Source: Ornithinimicrobium sp.
GTDB taxonomy: Bacteria; Actinomycetota; Actinomycetes; Actinomycetales; Dermatophilaceae
Length of the DNA stretch: 64,000 bases
Assembly (NCBI RefSeq): GCF_051004135.1
Contig: NZ_JBPCKQ010000114.1
Coordinates: 6,636-70,635 of the forward strand
Reading direction: 5' to 3'
In this document: positions 16,616 through 26,252 of the stretch, piece by piece
Numbering within the stretch: the stretch's first letter is position 1
How the letters are laid out: each line of letters opens with the position of its first letter
Translations under genes and position numbers: made by a program
Notes under the pieces: generated by a model
Seen by the model: the letters and a program-made list of their open reading frames with translations, nothing else
The model's database searches: none
What the model was told of the DNA's origin: nothing

Positions 16616-18334
16616 TTACTGGTAGGAGATCATCAGGGGCGTCGGCTCCCTGGTCATCGTCTGCTCCGGCGTCAGCATGGGTGCGTCCTCGTCGTAGAAG
16701 TTCTTCCACCCGAAGGGCACCCCGGCGGGAGCGGCCCCGGTGACCGCCTGCCAGGTGTCGTCCTTGAGGTGCGGCGCGCCCTGCCCGTCCATGTGGATCA
16801 GGACCTGCACCTGGTCCCGGCCCAGCTCGATCTCGTCGGTGTCCTGCAGCATCGAGAGCCGGAACTGGTGCAGCACGAGCAGCTTCTGCGGCAGCTTCTC
16901 CTGCGCGGTGAGGTCGGCCAGCCAGTCGATGACCGAGTTGACCTCCTCGGCTTCGACCCTGCCGATCTGGCCCAGCGGGCGCTGGGTGGAGGTCAGCCGC
17001 CACTCCGGGTCCAGCGCCAGGCCCACGTGCGGCATCCGCAGCAGGTCCTCGTAGATCTTGGCCTGGTCCAGGAAGTTGGCCCGGCCGGGCTGCAGGTCCA
17101 GGACGACGTAGACGCCTTCCTCGCCGGCCCGCTCCACCCAGGGGCGCAGCTCCTCGACGCTCTCCTCGAAGGAGTAGTCACCGTCCGCGCCGGCGGAGGC
17201 CTGGGCGACCGTCGCGATGATCTCGAACGCCGGCACCACGGGCTCGGAGCTGAGCGAGTCGTAGTCCGAGGCGATCTCCTGCGCTCGCTCGATGCTGGCC
17301 TCCAGATCCTGCTCCCCGAGGACCCCCAGCCCCGGGGTCCCGGGATGGCCGTAGAGCGCCACCAGCCGACGGCCCGGGAACAGAACCTGGCCCCCTTCGG
17401 GCAACAGCGTGCCCGTGGCGGCGACCTCCAGCCGTCCGCTGAGCCGGTCCACCGGGGCGAAGCCCGGTCCGACGGCAAGCACCCGGGCCGGGGGCTTGCC
17501 GGACAGGGCCTCGATCGCAGCGGGGTCGGCGCGCAGGTCCTGCGTCGCGACCTGGATGATCTCGGCGCCGACGGCCTGTGCCGAGGCGGTCGCGGACGCC
17601 ACGGCGGGGGCGGGAGTGCCCCTGCGTAGGAGCACCGCGAGACCGGCGGCAGCGGGGGCAGGGGAGACCTCCGGCAGGTCGTCAGCCGCGGTCACGACCT
17701 CGACGTCGGCCAGCTCACCCAGCGCGCTTCCGGTCTGCGGTCCCATCGCCAGCACGCTCTCGGCGCCCAGCCGGGCGATCTCTGCTCGCTGAGCCGTCGC
17801 GTCGACCGTCGCCGAGGCCGTGCTGGCCGCCCCGTCGGGAGGCGCCGTGCTGGAGGCGTCGTCACTCGGCGCTGACGTGGCGCTCGCGCCGTCCCCGGCG
17901 GCGGCCGGAGCTGCGTCGAGCAGCAGCAAGGGCACCCCGAGCCCCGCGGCCTGCTCGGCTCCGTCGCGCACTCCCGCCTGGTCGCCCGCCTGCGCGACGA
18001 CGACGACCGGCGACGTCCGGAACAGCTGCCGGCTCACGCCCACGGACACCGCCCCAGGCTCGACGGCGTCCACCACGGCCACCGGCGGGCCTGCGTCGTT
18101 GAGCTCGGGGACCAGCGGTGCCGGCGCGTCGGAGTCCTCGTCGCCGCCGGAGTCCTGGTCGCCGCCGGAGTCCTGGTCGCGCGCCGAGCCACCCGCCTGG
18201 TCGGGGTCGTTCGAGTCGGTACTGCATCCCGTCGCGGTCAGCAGGAGCACGACGCTCAAGGTGGTGGCGATCGATGTCGCCGACCACCGGTCCCAGCGTG
18301 CGGCGATGCGGCGTGCACGAGTCCTGCCCAGCAT
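16616..18334 (-). CDS. Lipoprotein with low-complexity N-terminus and a C-terminal glycoside-hydrolase-like domain of unknown function
   Basis: Lipobox TATGC; RLVALYGHPG, VPAFEIIATVA, VVLDLQPGR, ALDPEWRL, LHQF, HMDGQG, GWKNFYDED. Confidence 0.75.
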   Translation of the reverse strand: MLGRTRARRIAARWDRWSATSIATTLSVVLLLTATGCSTDSNDPDQAGGSARDQDSGGDQDSGGDEDSDAPAPLVPELNDAGPPVAVVDAVEPGAVSVGVSRQLFRTSPVVVVAQAGDQAGVRDGAEQAAGLGVPLLLLDAAPAAAGDGASATSAPSDDASSTAPPDGAASTASATVDATAQRAEIARLGAESVLAMGPQTGSALGELADVEVVTAADDLPEVSPAPAAAGLAVLLRRGTPAPAVASATASAQAVGAEIIQVATQDLRADPAAIEALSGKPPARVLAVGPGFAPVDRLSGRLEVAATGTLLPEGGQVLFPGRRLVALYGHPGTPGLGVLGEQDLEASIERAQEIASDYDSLSSEPVVPAFEIIATVAQASAGADGDYSFEESVEELRPWVERAGEEGVYVVLDLQPGRANFLDQAKIYEDLLRMPHVGLALDPEWRLTSTQRPLGQIGRVEAEEVNSVIDWLADLTAQEKLPQKLLVLHQFRLSMLQDTDEIELGRDQVQVLIHMDGQGAPHLKDDTWQAVTGAAPAGVPFGWKNFYDEDAPMLTPEQTMTREPTPLMISYQ

Positions 18335-18461
18335 GTGTCATCCCATCGACAGCGGTTCGGACGGCTTCGACCCAGGGGGTATGCCGATCTTCCACCCCAT
18401 CATGAGTGACAGGGGCGACCAACACGACCACGAACACGCCCGGCTGAGGCAGAGTGTCCCC

Positions 18462-20255
18462 ATGCACTACGTCGGCGTCGACCTGGCCTGGGGTGAGAAG
18501 CGACCGACCGGGGTGGCGGTCGTGGACCCCGACGGCCGCTTGCTGCACGTGTCCGCGCAGACCACGGACGAGACGATCACCGGCGCCCTGACGACCTACA
18601 CGCAGGGTCCGTGCCTGGTCGCGATCGACGCCCCGCTGATCGTGGTCAACCCGACCGGCACCCGCCCGGGGGAGGCGGCGCTCAACCGGGACTTCGCCCG
18701 GTTCGACGCCGGAGCGCACCCGGCCAACACCGGCAAGCCCGAGTTCGCCGGGGTCCCCCGCGGGGCGCGGCTGGCCCGGGCGATGCACCTGGACATGGAT
18801 CCGCGGTCCGGTCGGGAGCGCCGGGCGATCGAGGTCTATCCCCACCCGGCGACCGTGGCGCTGTTCGGGCTGGGCCGGACGCTGAAGTACAAGCAGAAGC
18901 CGGGGCGCACGCTTGCCGCGCTGCGCGAGGCGCTGCTGGAGCTGATGCGCCGGATCGAGGGGCTCGCGGATGCGCCGACCCCCCTGCAGGTGCGCGACCA
19001 CCCCGACTGGTGCGAGCTGCGCCGGCGCGTCGAGACCGCGCAGCGCAAGAGCGACCTGCGCAAGGTCGAGGACCCGGTGGACGCCGTGCTGTGCGCCTAC
19101 CTCGCCCGGTATGCCGACCAGCACCCGGCGCGCGTCACGACCTACGGGGACTTCGCCACCGGCTACATCGTGACCCCCACCCTGCCCGAGGACCAACGGC
19201 CGGACCCTCGGGCGCCGAAGCAGCCCCCGGTCACGGCGGCACCGGCCCCGGGCACGGGGGATGTCGGGCCCGACCTGGTGCACTCGGCCGTGCAGGCCTA
19301 CGCCGCCCTCCACCCGGCGGTCATCGCCGCCACGACGGCATACGTCGAGCTGGTGACGACGCTGCTGGACGAGGCGGGCATCAACTACCTGAGCGTGACC
19401 GGGCGGACCAAGAGCGTGGCCTCGTTTGCCGGCAAGGCCAACCGGAGGGTGGACGGGAGGCTCGCCTTCGCCGACCCGATGCGCGAGATCACCGACCAGA
19501 TCGGGGTGCGCGTGATCACCTACGTGCACAGCGACGTCGCGGCGGTCGCCGACCTGCTGGCCGACCAGCTGCGCGTGCTCGACGACCGCGACATGGGACA
19601 GGAGACCGCGCAGGAGGGGAGGTTCGGCTACGCCAGCCGGCACGTCCTTGTCTCCCTTGACCCCGCCCGGCAGGAGGCGGGAGAGCACGCCGACCTGCGC
19701 GAGCACACCGCATCGGTGCAGGTGCGTACCGTGCTGCAGCACGCCTGGGCCGAGTTCGAGCACGACATCCGCTACAAGGGGACGATCCCGGCCGAGCAGG
19801 CTCCCGACCTGGACCGCCGGTTCACCCTGGCGGCCGGGCTGTTGGAGCTGGCCGACCGGGAGTTCTCCACCATCCGGGACCGGCTCCAGGCCAGCATGAC
19901 CGGGCAGCGCCCGGAGGCCGACGCCGACCCGCGGATCAGCGCCCAGGACCTTGCGTCGTTCCTGTCCGGTCGCTTCGCCGACGCCGGCTGGTCCCGCACC
20001 GAGCACTACGCCTGGGTCTCGGGGCTGCTGCTGGAGCTCGGCATCACCTCGCTCGACGAGCTGGGTCGCCTGCTCGGCTCCGTCGACAGCGCCGCCATCA
20101 GCGAGCGGATGGGCTATCGCTACCCACCGGGTGCAGTGCGCCGGCTGGACGACGCGCTGCTGGCCGTCTTCGCCGAGCGGTATCTCGAGCTGCACGGCAA
20201 CGAGGGACGGGTGCCGCAGCTGCGGACCCGGCTGGTCCGGCTGCGCGGCACGTGA
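18462..20255 (+). CDS. DUF429 (RNase H-like fold) plus RelA/SpoT synthetase fusion, RelZ-like small alarmone synthetase
   Basis: N-term YVGVDLAW, IDAPL, IEVYPH, DAVLCA; C-term RTKSVASF, DQIGVRV, GYASRH, QVRTVLQHAWAEFEHDIRYK. Confidence 0.88.
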   Translation: MHYVGVDLAWGEKRPTGVAVVDPDGRLLHVSAQTTDETITGALTTYTQGPCLVAIDAPLIVVNPTGTRPGEAALNRDFARFDAGAHPANTGKPEFAGVPRGARLARAMHLDMDPRSGRERRAIEVYPHPATVALFGLGRTLKYKQKPGRTLAALREALLELMRRIEGLADAPTPLQVRDHPDWCELRRRVETAQRKSDLRKVEDPVDAVLCAYLARYADQHPARVTTYGDFATGYIVTPTLPEDQRPDPRAPKQPPVTAAPAPGTGDVGPDLVHSAVQAYAALHPAVIAATTAYVELVTTLLDEAGINYLSVTGRTKSVASFAGKANRRVDGRLAFADPMREITDQIGVRVITYVHSDVAAVADLLADQLRVLDDRDMGQETAQEGRFGYASRHVLVSLDPARQEAGEHADLREHTASVQVRTVLQHAWAEFEHDIRYKGTIPAEQAPDLDRRFTLAAGLLELADREFSTIRDRLQASMTGQRPEADADPRISAQDLASFLSGRFADAGWSRTEHYAWVSGLLLELGITSLDELGRLLGSVDSAAISERMGYRYPPGAVRRLDDALLAVFAERYLELHGNEGRVPQLRTRLVRLRGT

Positions 20256-20258
20256 GGC

Positions 20259-21263
20259 TCACTCGTTGAGCAGGCCCTCCGAGACCAGCCACTCCTTGGC
20301 CACGACGGCCGAGTCCATCCCGTCGACGTCGACCTTGGCGTTGAGCTCCAGCATGGCCTCGTTGGTGATCTTGGGGTTGATCTTGCCGAAGATCTCTGCG
20401 ATCTCGGGGTGCGCCTCGATCAGGTCGGTCTGCACGACCGGGGTGACGTTGTAGAGCGGGAAGTAGTCCTTGTCGTCCTCGAGCACCCGCAGGTCAAGGG
20501 CCAGGATGCGCCCGTCGGTCGTGAACACCTCACCGAAGTTGCAGTCCCCGTCGGCCGTGGCCTGATAGATCACACCGGTGTCCAGGGTGGTCACCTCGCC
20601 AATGTCGGCGTCGGTCAGGTCGTAGGTCTTCAGCATGTTGGGGAAGCCGTCGTTGCGGCTGGCGAACTCGCTCTCGACGCAGAACGTCACCTCCTCCTTG
20701 GGCAGGCTCGCCAGCTCGGACAGCTTGGTGATGCCGAGCTCCTTGGCCTTGTCCTCCCGGATGGCGAAGGCGTAGGTGTTGTTCATCGGCGCCGGGGGCA
20801 GCCAGGTCAGTCCGTTCTCCAGGTCCTCGTCACGGACCGCCTCGAACTGGGCCTGCTCACCGGGGATCGGCTTCTCGTGGCCGAGGTAGCTCAGCCAGCC
20901 GGTGCCGGTGTATTCATAGGAGATGTCGATGTTGCCGTTGAGCAGGCCCTCCCGGACGCCGTTGCTGCCCGGGGTGTTGCTCTGGTTGGTGACGTCGGCG
21001 CCGGCAGTGCTGAGGACCGTGGCCAGCAGGTTGCCCAGGATCAGCTGCTCGGTGAAGTTCTTGCCCGCGACCGTGATCTCGACGCCCTCGAGCGACTCGT
21101 AGTGCTGGATCGCGCCCGGCTCGGCCTGCAGCACGGCTCCGTTGGCCGACCGCAGTCCACAGCCGCTCGCGAGCACTGCCACGGCAGACAGGGCGAGCAG
21201 TCCGGTGAGTGCGCGGCCCGGTCGGCCGCTCGTGGGGGACGTGCTGTGTGTATGCGGATTCAT
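20259..21263 (-). CDS. Glycine betaine/osmoprotectant ABC transporter substrate-binding lipoprotein
   Basis: Lipobox LASGC; VAGKNFTEQLILG, YEYTGTGW, NNTYAFA, GEVFTTDGRI, YFPLYN. Confidence 0.92.
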   Translation of the reverse strand: MNPHTHSTSPTSGRPGRALTGLLALSAVAVLASGCGLRSANGAVLQAEPGAIQHYESLEGVEITVAGKNFTEQLILGNLLATVLSTAGADVTNQSNTPGSNGVREGLLNGNIDISYEYTGTGWLSYLGHEKPIPGEQAQFEAVRDEDLENGLTWLPPAPMNNTYAFAIREDKAKELGITKLSELASLPKEEVTFCVESEFASRNDGFPNMLKTYDLTDADIGEVTTLDTGVIYQATADGDCNFGEVFTTDGRILALDLRVLEDDKDYFPLYNVTPVVQTDLIEAHPEIAEIFGKINPKITNEAMLELNAKVDVDGMDSAVVAKEWLVSEGLLNE

Positions 21264-22075
21264 CGGAGTCCTTTCGGTGCTGCGACCAGCTCGACCAGTC
21301 GGGCGAGCCAGTCGACGAACAGGGCGAGTGCCGCGACCAGGATGGCCCCTACGACCAGGACGGACGTCTGGGCGAGGGTGATGCCGGTGGTGATGGGGGC
21401 GCCCAGGCCGCCTCCACCGATGAACGCCACCAGGGTGGTGGTGCCCACGATGAGCACCAGCGCGATGCGGATGCCGGCGACGATGACCGGCAGGGCCAGC
21501 GGGAGCTCCACCTTCAGCAGGGTGGACATGCTGGACATGCCCATGCCCCTGCTGGCCTCCACCAGCTTGGGGTCGACCCCCTGCAGCCCGGCGACGGTGT
21601 TGGCCACGATCGGCAGCACGCCGTAGACGACCAGGGCGATGATGGAGGCCTGCACGCCGAGGCCGAAGATCGCCGCCGAGATGCCGATGAGACCGATCGC
21701 CGGCGCGGCCTGGCCGAAGCCGGCCACGGTCATGATCGGCACCGCGAACCGGCGCAACGGTCCCCGGGTCAGCGCGATCCCGAGGGGCACGGCGACCAGC
21801 ACCACGATCAGCGTGGCGCTGAGGGCGACCGTCATGTGCTCGCGAAACAGCGTCGTCAGCGGTCCCGCGCTGAGCTGGACCCGCTCGGACTCGGTCAGCT
21901 CGGCGGTGCGCACATAGATCAGGCACCCGATGACTGCGATCAGGCACAGGGCGGGCTGGGCGACCCACTGGATCAGCGGCGTCTTCTCCTCGGGGCGCTG
22001 CTGGGCCTCGACGTCGCCCTCCATGTCGAGCTCGTGCTCGCCGCCCTTCTGGCGGGTGTCGGTCTGCGCGCTCAT
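21260..22075 (-). CDS. Osmoprotectant ABC permease
   Basis: EAA loop EASRGMGMS, KVELPLALPVIVAGIR, FIGGGGLG. Confidence 0.92.
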   Translation of the reverse strand: MSAQTDTRQKGGEHELDMEGDVEAQQRPEEKTPLIQWVAQPALCLIAVIGCLIYVRTAELTESERVQLSAGPLTTLFREHMTVALSATLIVVLVAVPLGIALTRGPLRRFAVPIMTVAGFGQAAPAIGLIGISAAIFGLGVQASIIALVVYGVLPIVANTVAGLQGVDPKLVEASRGMGMSSMSTLLKVELPLALPVIVAGIRIALVLIVGTTTLVAFIGGGGLGAPITTGITLAQTSVLVVGAILVAALALFVDWLARLVELVAAPKGLR

Positions 22076-23313
22076 CGAGTGTCCTCCTCGACGTCCTCCA
22101 AGGTGACCTCCGAGGCCCGGATCTTGCCGGCTTGGATCTCCTCCATCGCCTGCATGATGGTCTCGACGCGCAGCACCCCTTCGTACTTGTTCTTGGCCCC
22201 GGTGACCACGACGACGCCGTGGCTCGCCGTGAGCATCAGGTCCAGGGCGTCGTTGAGGGTGGAGGTCAGGCTGAGCACCTCGACGTCGTGGTCGCGCTCG
22301 ACCTTGTCCACGTCCGTGCTCTGGACCTGGTCCACGGGGATCCAACGCTGCGGCCGATCCTTGTGGTCGAGCGCAAGCACGTGCTTGCGACCGAGGTCGC
22401 GGGCCTTGGTGACCACGTCGTCCGCGTCGTCCCCAGGCTTGATCCAGGCAGCCTCGTGCAGCTCGACGTCGCGCACCCGGGTGAGGGTCAGCTGCTTCAA
22501 GGCTGCGCCGGCACCCACGAAGCTGCGGACGAAGTCACTTGCCGGGTTGGTCAGGATCTGCTCGGGAGTGTCGTACTGGACGATCTCGGATCCGATGTTG
22601 AGGATGGCTATGCGGTCGCCGAGCTTGACCGCCTCGTCGAAGTCGTGCGTGACGAAGACGATGGTCTTGCGCAGCTCGACCTGCAGGCGCAGCAGCTCGT
22701 CCTGCAGCCGCTGTCGGGTGATCGGGTCGACGGCGCCGAACGGCTCGTCCATCAGCAGCACCGGCGGGTCGGCTGCGAGAGCTCGGGCCACGCCGACCCG
22801 CTGCTGCTGACCGCCGGACAGCTCACGCGGGTAGCGGTCCTTGTAGATGCTCGGGTCCAGCGAGACCAGCTCGAGCAGCTCGGCGACCCGGTCGTCGACA
22901 CGCTGCTTGTCCCACTTGAGCAACCGGGGGATCAGGGCGATGTTGTCACCGACCGTGTAGTGCGGGAACAACCCGGCGCCCTGGATCACGTATCCGATGT
23001 GCCGGCGCAGCTCGTCGGCGTCCTTGTCGGTCACGTCCTCGTCGCCGATCAGGATGCGGCCGCTGGTGGGCTCGATCAGCCGGTTGATCATCTTCATGGT
23101 CGTCGTCTTGCCACAGCCCGAAGGGCCGACCAGCATCACGATCTCACCGGCCGGAATGGTCAGGTTGACGTTGTCGACCGCGGGCTGTTCGGTCCCGGCG
23201 TACTTCTTGGTGACGTCCTGAAGCACGATCTGCTCACCGTGCACACTGTCCGGAGCATGCTTGCCCGGTGTCTCGGTCGAGGTCTTCTGCTCGGTCATGG
23301 TGGTGTCAGACAC
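22072..23313 (-). CDS. Osmoprotectant ABC ATP-binding subunit (OpuCA/OsmV-like) with C-terminal CBS-like region
   Basis: GPSGCGKTT, LSGGQQQRVGVARAL, LLMDEPFGA, FVTHD. Confidence 0.95.
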   Translation of the reverse strand: MSDTTMTEQKTSTETPGKHAPDSVHGEQIVLQDVTKKYAGTEQPAVDNVNLTIPAGEIVMLVGPSGCGKTTTMKMINRLIEPTSGRILIGDEDVTDKDADELRRHIGYVIQGAGLFPHYTVGDNIALIPRLLKWDKQRVDDRVAELLELVSLDPSIYKDRYPRELSGGQQQRVGVARALAADPPVLLMDEPFGAVDPITRQRLQDELLRLQVELRKTIVFVTHDFDEAVKLGDRIAILNIGSEIVQYDTPEQILTNPASDFVRSFVGAGAALKQLTLTRVRDVELHEAAWIKPGDDADDVVTKARDLGRKHVLALDHKDRPQRWIPVDQVQSTDVDKVERDHDVEVLSLTSTLNDALDLMLTASHGVVVVTGAKNKYEGVLRVETIMQAMEEIQAGKIRASEVTLEDVEEDTR

Positions 23314-23956
23314 GGATGCCCCTTGAGGTTGTGACCCGCTTGAAGATGGTGAGCGCGAGGTCGAGGACGATGGCCAGCAGGATGATCGCGACGGTGCCGA
23401 GGACGACGGACTCGATGGCGTTGGCGCCACCGGTCCTGGAGATGCCGGAGAAGATGAAGTTGCCCAGACCCGGACCCTGGACGTAGGCCGCGATCGCGGC
23501 GATGCCCATCAGCATCTGCCCGGAGACCCGGACGCCGGTCATGATCACCGGCCAGGCCATCGGGATCTCGAGTTTGCGCAGGGTGGTGAAGCGGTTCATC
23601 CCCATGCCCTTGGCCGACTCGATCAGGGTCTGGTCGACCCCCTGCAGCCCGACGATGGCGTTGCGCAGGATGGGCAGCATCCCGTAGAAGACCAAGGCGA
23701 GCACCGACAGGAGCACGCCATCGGGGATGGCGCCGGTGAGCACGCCCAGCATGGCGAAAGAGGGGATGGTCAAGCCGATGGCGCTGAGCGCGTTGGCCGC
23801 GCCGGAGGCTGATGACGAACGGTAGACCAGGACGGCCAACACGACGCCGGCCACGGTGGCGAAGAACAGGGACTGGATCACGAGCCAGATGTGCTGCCAA
23901 CCGTTGGCCGAGATCACCGCCCAGTTCTCTTGGACGAAGACAAAGAAGTCGCTCAT
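23306..23956 (-). CDS. Osmoprotectant ABC permease
   Basis: ESAKGMGM, LEIPMAWPVIMTGVR, GPGLG. Confidence 0.92.
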   Translation of the reverse strand: MSDFFVFVQENWAVISANGWQHIWLVIQSLFFATVAGVVLAVLVYRSSSASGAANALSAIGLTIPSFAMLGVLTGAIPDGVLLSVLALVFYGMLPILRNAIVGLQGVDQTLIESAKGMGMNRFTTLRKLEIPMAWPVIMTGVRVSGQMLMGIAAIAAYVQGPGLGNFIFSGISRTGGANAIESVVLGTVAIILLAIVLDLALTIFKRVTTSRGIRV

Positions 23957-24005
23957 CGCTCCCTCGCTGTTGGAGACGCGGTGGAAGGGCTGTCACCCCT
24001 TTGGG

Positions 24006-24021
24006 TGTGAAGTAAGTTACA
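24006..24021. promoter_or_regulatory. CRP/GlxR-like binding site candidate upstream of the ABC operon
   Basis: TGTGA-AGTAAG-TTACA versus consensus TGTGA-N6-TCACA (one mismatch). Confidence 0.5.
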
Positions 24022-24210
24022 CCGCTTTCCTGTGACGATCACGGCTGCACGCACACTTGATACCGAAATGAGATATTTGCGGGAGCGTTTGACATCACCT
24101 CGCGTGGGTGCCTGACCTGCCACGATGCGACTCAGTCGGGGGCTCGGGCGCGGCTGATCTCCCGCCCGCTCGCCCCGTGCGCCGTCGGGCCGTGCGGCAG
24201 AATCGGTGTC

Positions 24211-24629
24211 GTTCACCTGCTGCTGATCGCCGACACCCACGTGCCCACCCGGGCGCGAGCGCTGCCCGACCAGGTCTGGGCAGAGGTGGAGCGGGCCGAC
24301 CTCGTCCTGCACGCCGGTGACTGGGTGGTGCCCGAGCTGCTCGATGAGCTGCAGCGACGTACCGCGCGTTTGCTCGGCTGCCACGGGAACCGGAGACGCC
24401 CGGCGTCGCGAGAGCCGGATGCGCGCGGCATACCCCGAACCCGGACCTGCTGGTCTTCGGGCACAGCCACATCCCGTGGGACAGCACGCACGAGGGTCTG
24501 CGGCTGCTCAACCCGGGCTCCCCGACGGATCGGCGCCGGCAGCCGCACTGCACGTACCAGACGGTGACCATCCGCGACGGCCGCCTCGAGGAGGTCGTGC
24601 TGCACCGGCTGCCCCCGCGGACCCGATAG
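24211..24629 (+). pseudogene. YfcE/Vps29-type metallophosphoesterase with internal deletion and frameshifts
   Basis: LLIADTHVP, LHAGDW, GCHGN, then jumps out of frame to GDARRRESR...LVFGHSHIPWD...NPGSPTDRRRQP; VHE motif segment and a clear start are missing. Confidence 0.8.
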
Positions 24630-24645
24630 CGGAGCGGGTAGCAGC

Positions 24646-25818
24646 TTAGGCCTCGAGGACGGGCGGCAGTCCTTGACCCACACCGATGCAGATGGCGGCC
24701 ACGCCGACCCCACCGCCCCGGGCCCGCAGGGCGTGCGCGAGGTGACCGACGATGCGAGCGCCGGAGGCCCCGAGCGGGTGCCCGATCGCGATCGCGCCGC
24801 CGTGCACGTTGACCTTGTCCGGGTCCAGGTCGGGCCAGCCCTGCAGGCAGGCCAGGCTTTGCGAGGCGAACGCCTCGTTGAGCTCGACCAGGTCGACGTC
24901 GGCCCAGCTCTTGCCGGCCCGGGCCAGCGCCCGGTCGGCCGCCGCGACGGGGGCGACGCCGAAGACGTCGGGGTCGTTGCCCGCCACTGCGCGCGAGATG
25001 ATCCGCGCCAGGGGCTCAGCCCGCAGGCGCGCATCCTCGGAGGCGATGAGCAGCGCCGACGCGCCGTCGTTGAGCGGTGAGGAGTTGCCGGCGGTCACGG
25101 TGCCGCCCTCGGGTCGGAAGACGGGCTTCAGCCGCGCCAGGGACGCGGTCGTGCTGGCGGGCCGGATGCCCTCGTCGCGGGTCAGCTGCGTGCCCGGAAC
25201 GGGCACCACCTCGGCGTCGTAGTCCCCCCGGGTCCAGGCACGGTCGGCCAGGAGGTGGCTGCGTGCGGCGAAGGCGTCCTGGCTCTCCCGCGGTATGCCG
25301 TGCAGGTCGGCGAGCTTCTCGGCCGACTCCCCGAGTGGGATCGTCCACTGCGCCGGCATCCGCGGGTTGACCATCCGCCACCCCAGTGTCGTGGAGTGCA
25401 GCGTCTCGGGCCTGGCCGGGTAGGGCCGATCGGGCTTCTGCAGCACCCACGGTGCCCGGCTCATCGACTCCACCCCGCCGGCGATCACGACTTGCGCGTC
25501 GCCGGTCTCGATCGCCCTGGAGGCCTGGATCACGGCCTCCATGCCGGACCCGCAGAGCCGGTTGAGCGTGGCCCCCGGAACGGACGTCGGCAGTCCAGCC
25601 AGCAGCGACGACATACGGGCGACGTTGCGGTTGTCCTCGCCGGCCCCGTTGGCGTTGCCCAGCAGGACGTCGTCGACCCGGGCCGGGTCCAGGCCCGGTA
25701 TGCGGTCCAGCAGGGCTCGCAGGACGTGCGCGGCCAGGTCGTCGGGCCGCACGGCGGCCAGACCCCTGCCGTAACGGCCGAACGGGGTGCGCACGGCGTC
25801 GTAGACGAAGCTGCTCAC
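24646..25818 (-). CDS. Thiolase (acetyl-CoA C-acyltransferase, PcaF/PaaJ-like)
   Basis: RTPFGRYG, NRLCGSG, GGVESMSRAP, NEAFA, GHPLGASG, CIGVGQG. Confidence 0.93.
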   Translation of the reverse strand: MSSFVYDAVRTPFGRYGRGLAAVRPDDLAAHVLRALLDRIPGLDPARVDDVLLGNANGAGEDNRNVARMSSLLAGLPTSVPGATLNRLCGSGMEAVIQASRAIETGDAQVVIAGGVESMSRAPWVLQKPDRPYPARPETLHSTTLGWRMVNPRMPAQWTIPLGESAEKLADLHGIPRESQDAFAARSHLLADRAWTRGDYDAEVVPVPGTQLTRDEGIRPASTTASLARLKPVFRPEGGTVTAGNSSPLNDGASALLIASEDARLRAEPLARIISRAVAGNDPDVFGVAPVAAADRALARAGKSWADVDLVELNEAFASQSLACLQGWPDLDPDKVNVHGGAIAIGHPLGASGARIVGHLAHALRARGGGVGVAAICIGVGQGLPPVLEA

Positions 25819-26252
25819 TCGGGCTCGACCACGACCGCATACGAGCCCACGCCGACCAGCTGGTCCCCGGCGACATCGCGGCCCTCGTCGCCGAGCAGCA
25901 GGCGCACGACGGTCCCCGTGCCGGGGTCGAAGTCCACGTCGAGGACATGGCCGCACTCGTCGCCGTCGGTGCTCAGCACCCGCTTGCCGATCAGGGAGTG
26001 GTCCTTGCCGCGCAGCGCGGCGAGTTGCTCGTCGGCCGTGGTGACCGCGGCCGGGGACTCGATCGTGACCGCGTCGATCCCGAACGACTTGATCGAGGAC
26101 CAGGGGAGCGTGTCGCCGGAACGGGCCGAGCCCAGCTCCAGGGCCACCACGGATCCGGCGGAGGGCTCCACGACGAAGCCGTCGATCCGACCCACGGTCT
26201 CGGCAGTGGAGGTGCTGACCACCGTGCGGCCCTGGGCCTCGGAGAACTTCAT
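25815..26252 (-). CDS. Tandem PRC-barrel domain protein
   Basis: GRTVVSTSTAETVGRIDGFVV; second barrel IGKRVLSTDGDECGHVLDVDFD. Confidence 0.85.
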   Translation of the reverse strand: MKFSEAQGRTVVSTSTAETVGRIDGFVVEPSAGSVVALELGSARSGDTLPWSSIKSFGIDAVTIESPAAVTTADEQLAALRGKDHSLIGKRVLSTDGDECGHVLDVDFDPGTGTVVRLLLGDEGRDVAGDQLVGVGSYAVVVEPE

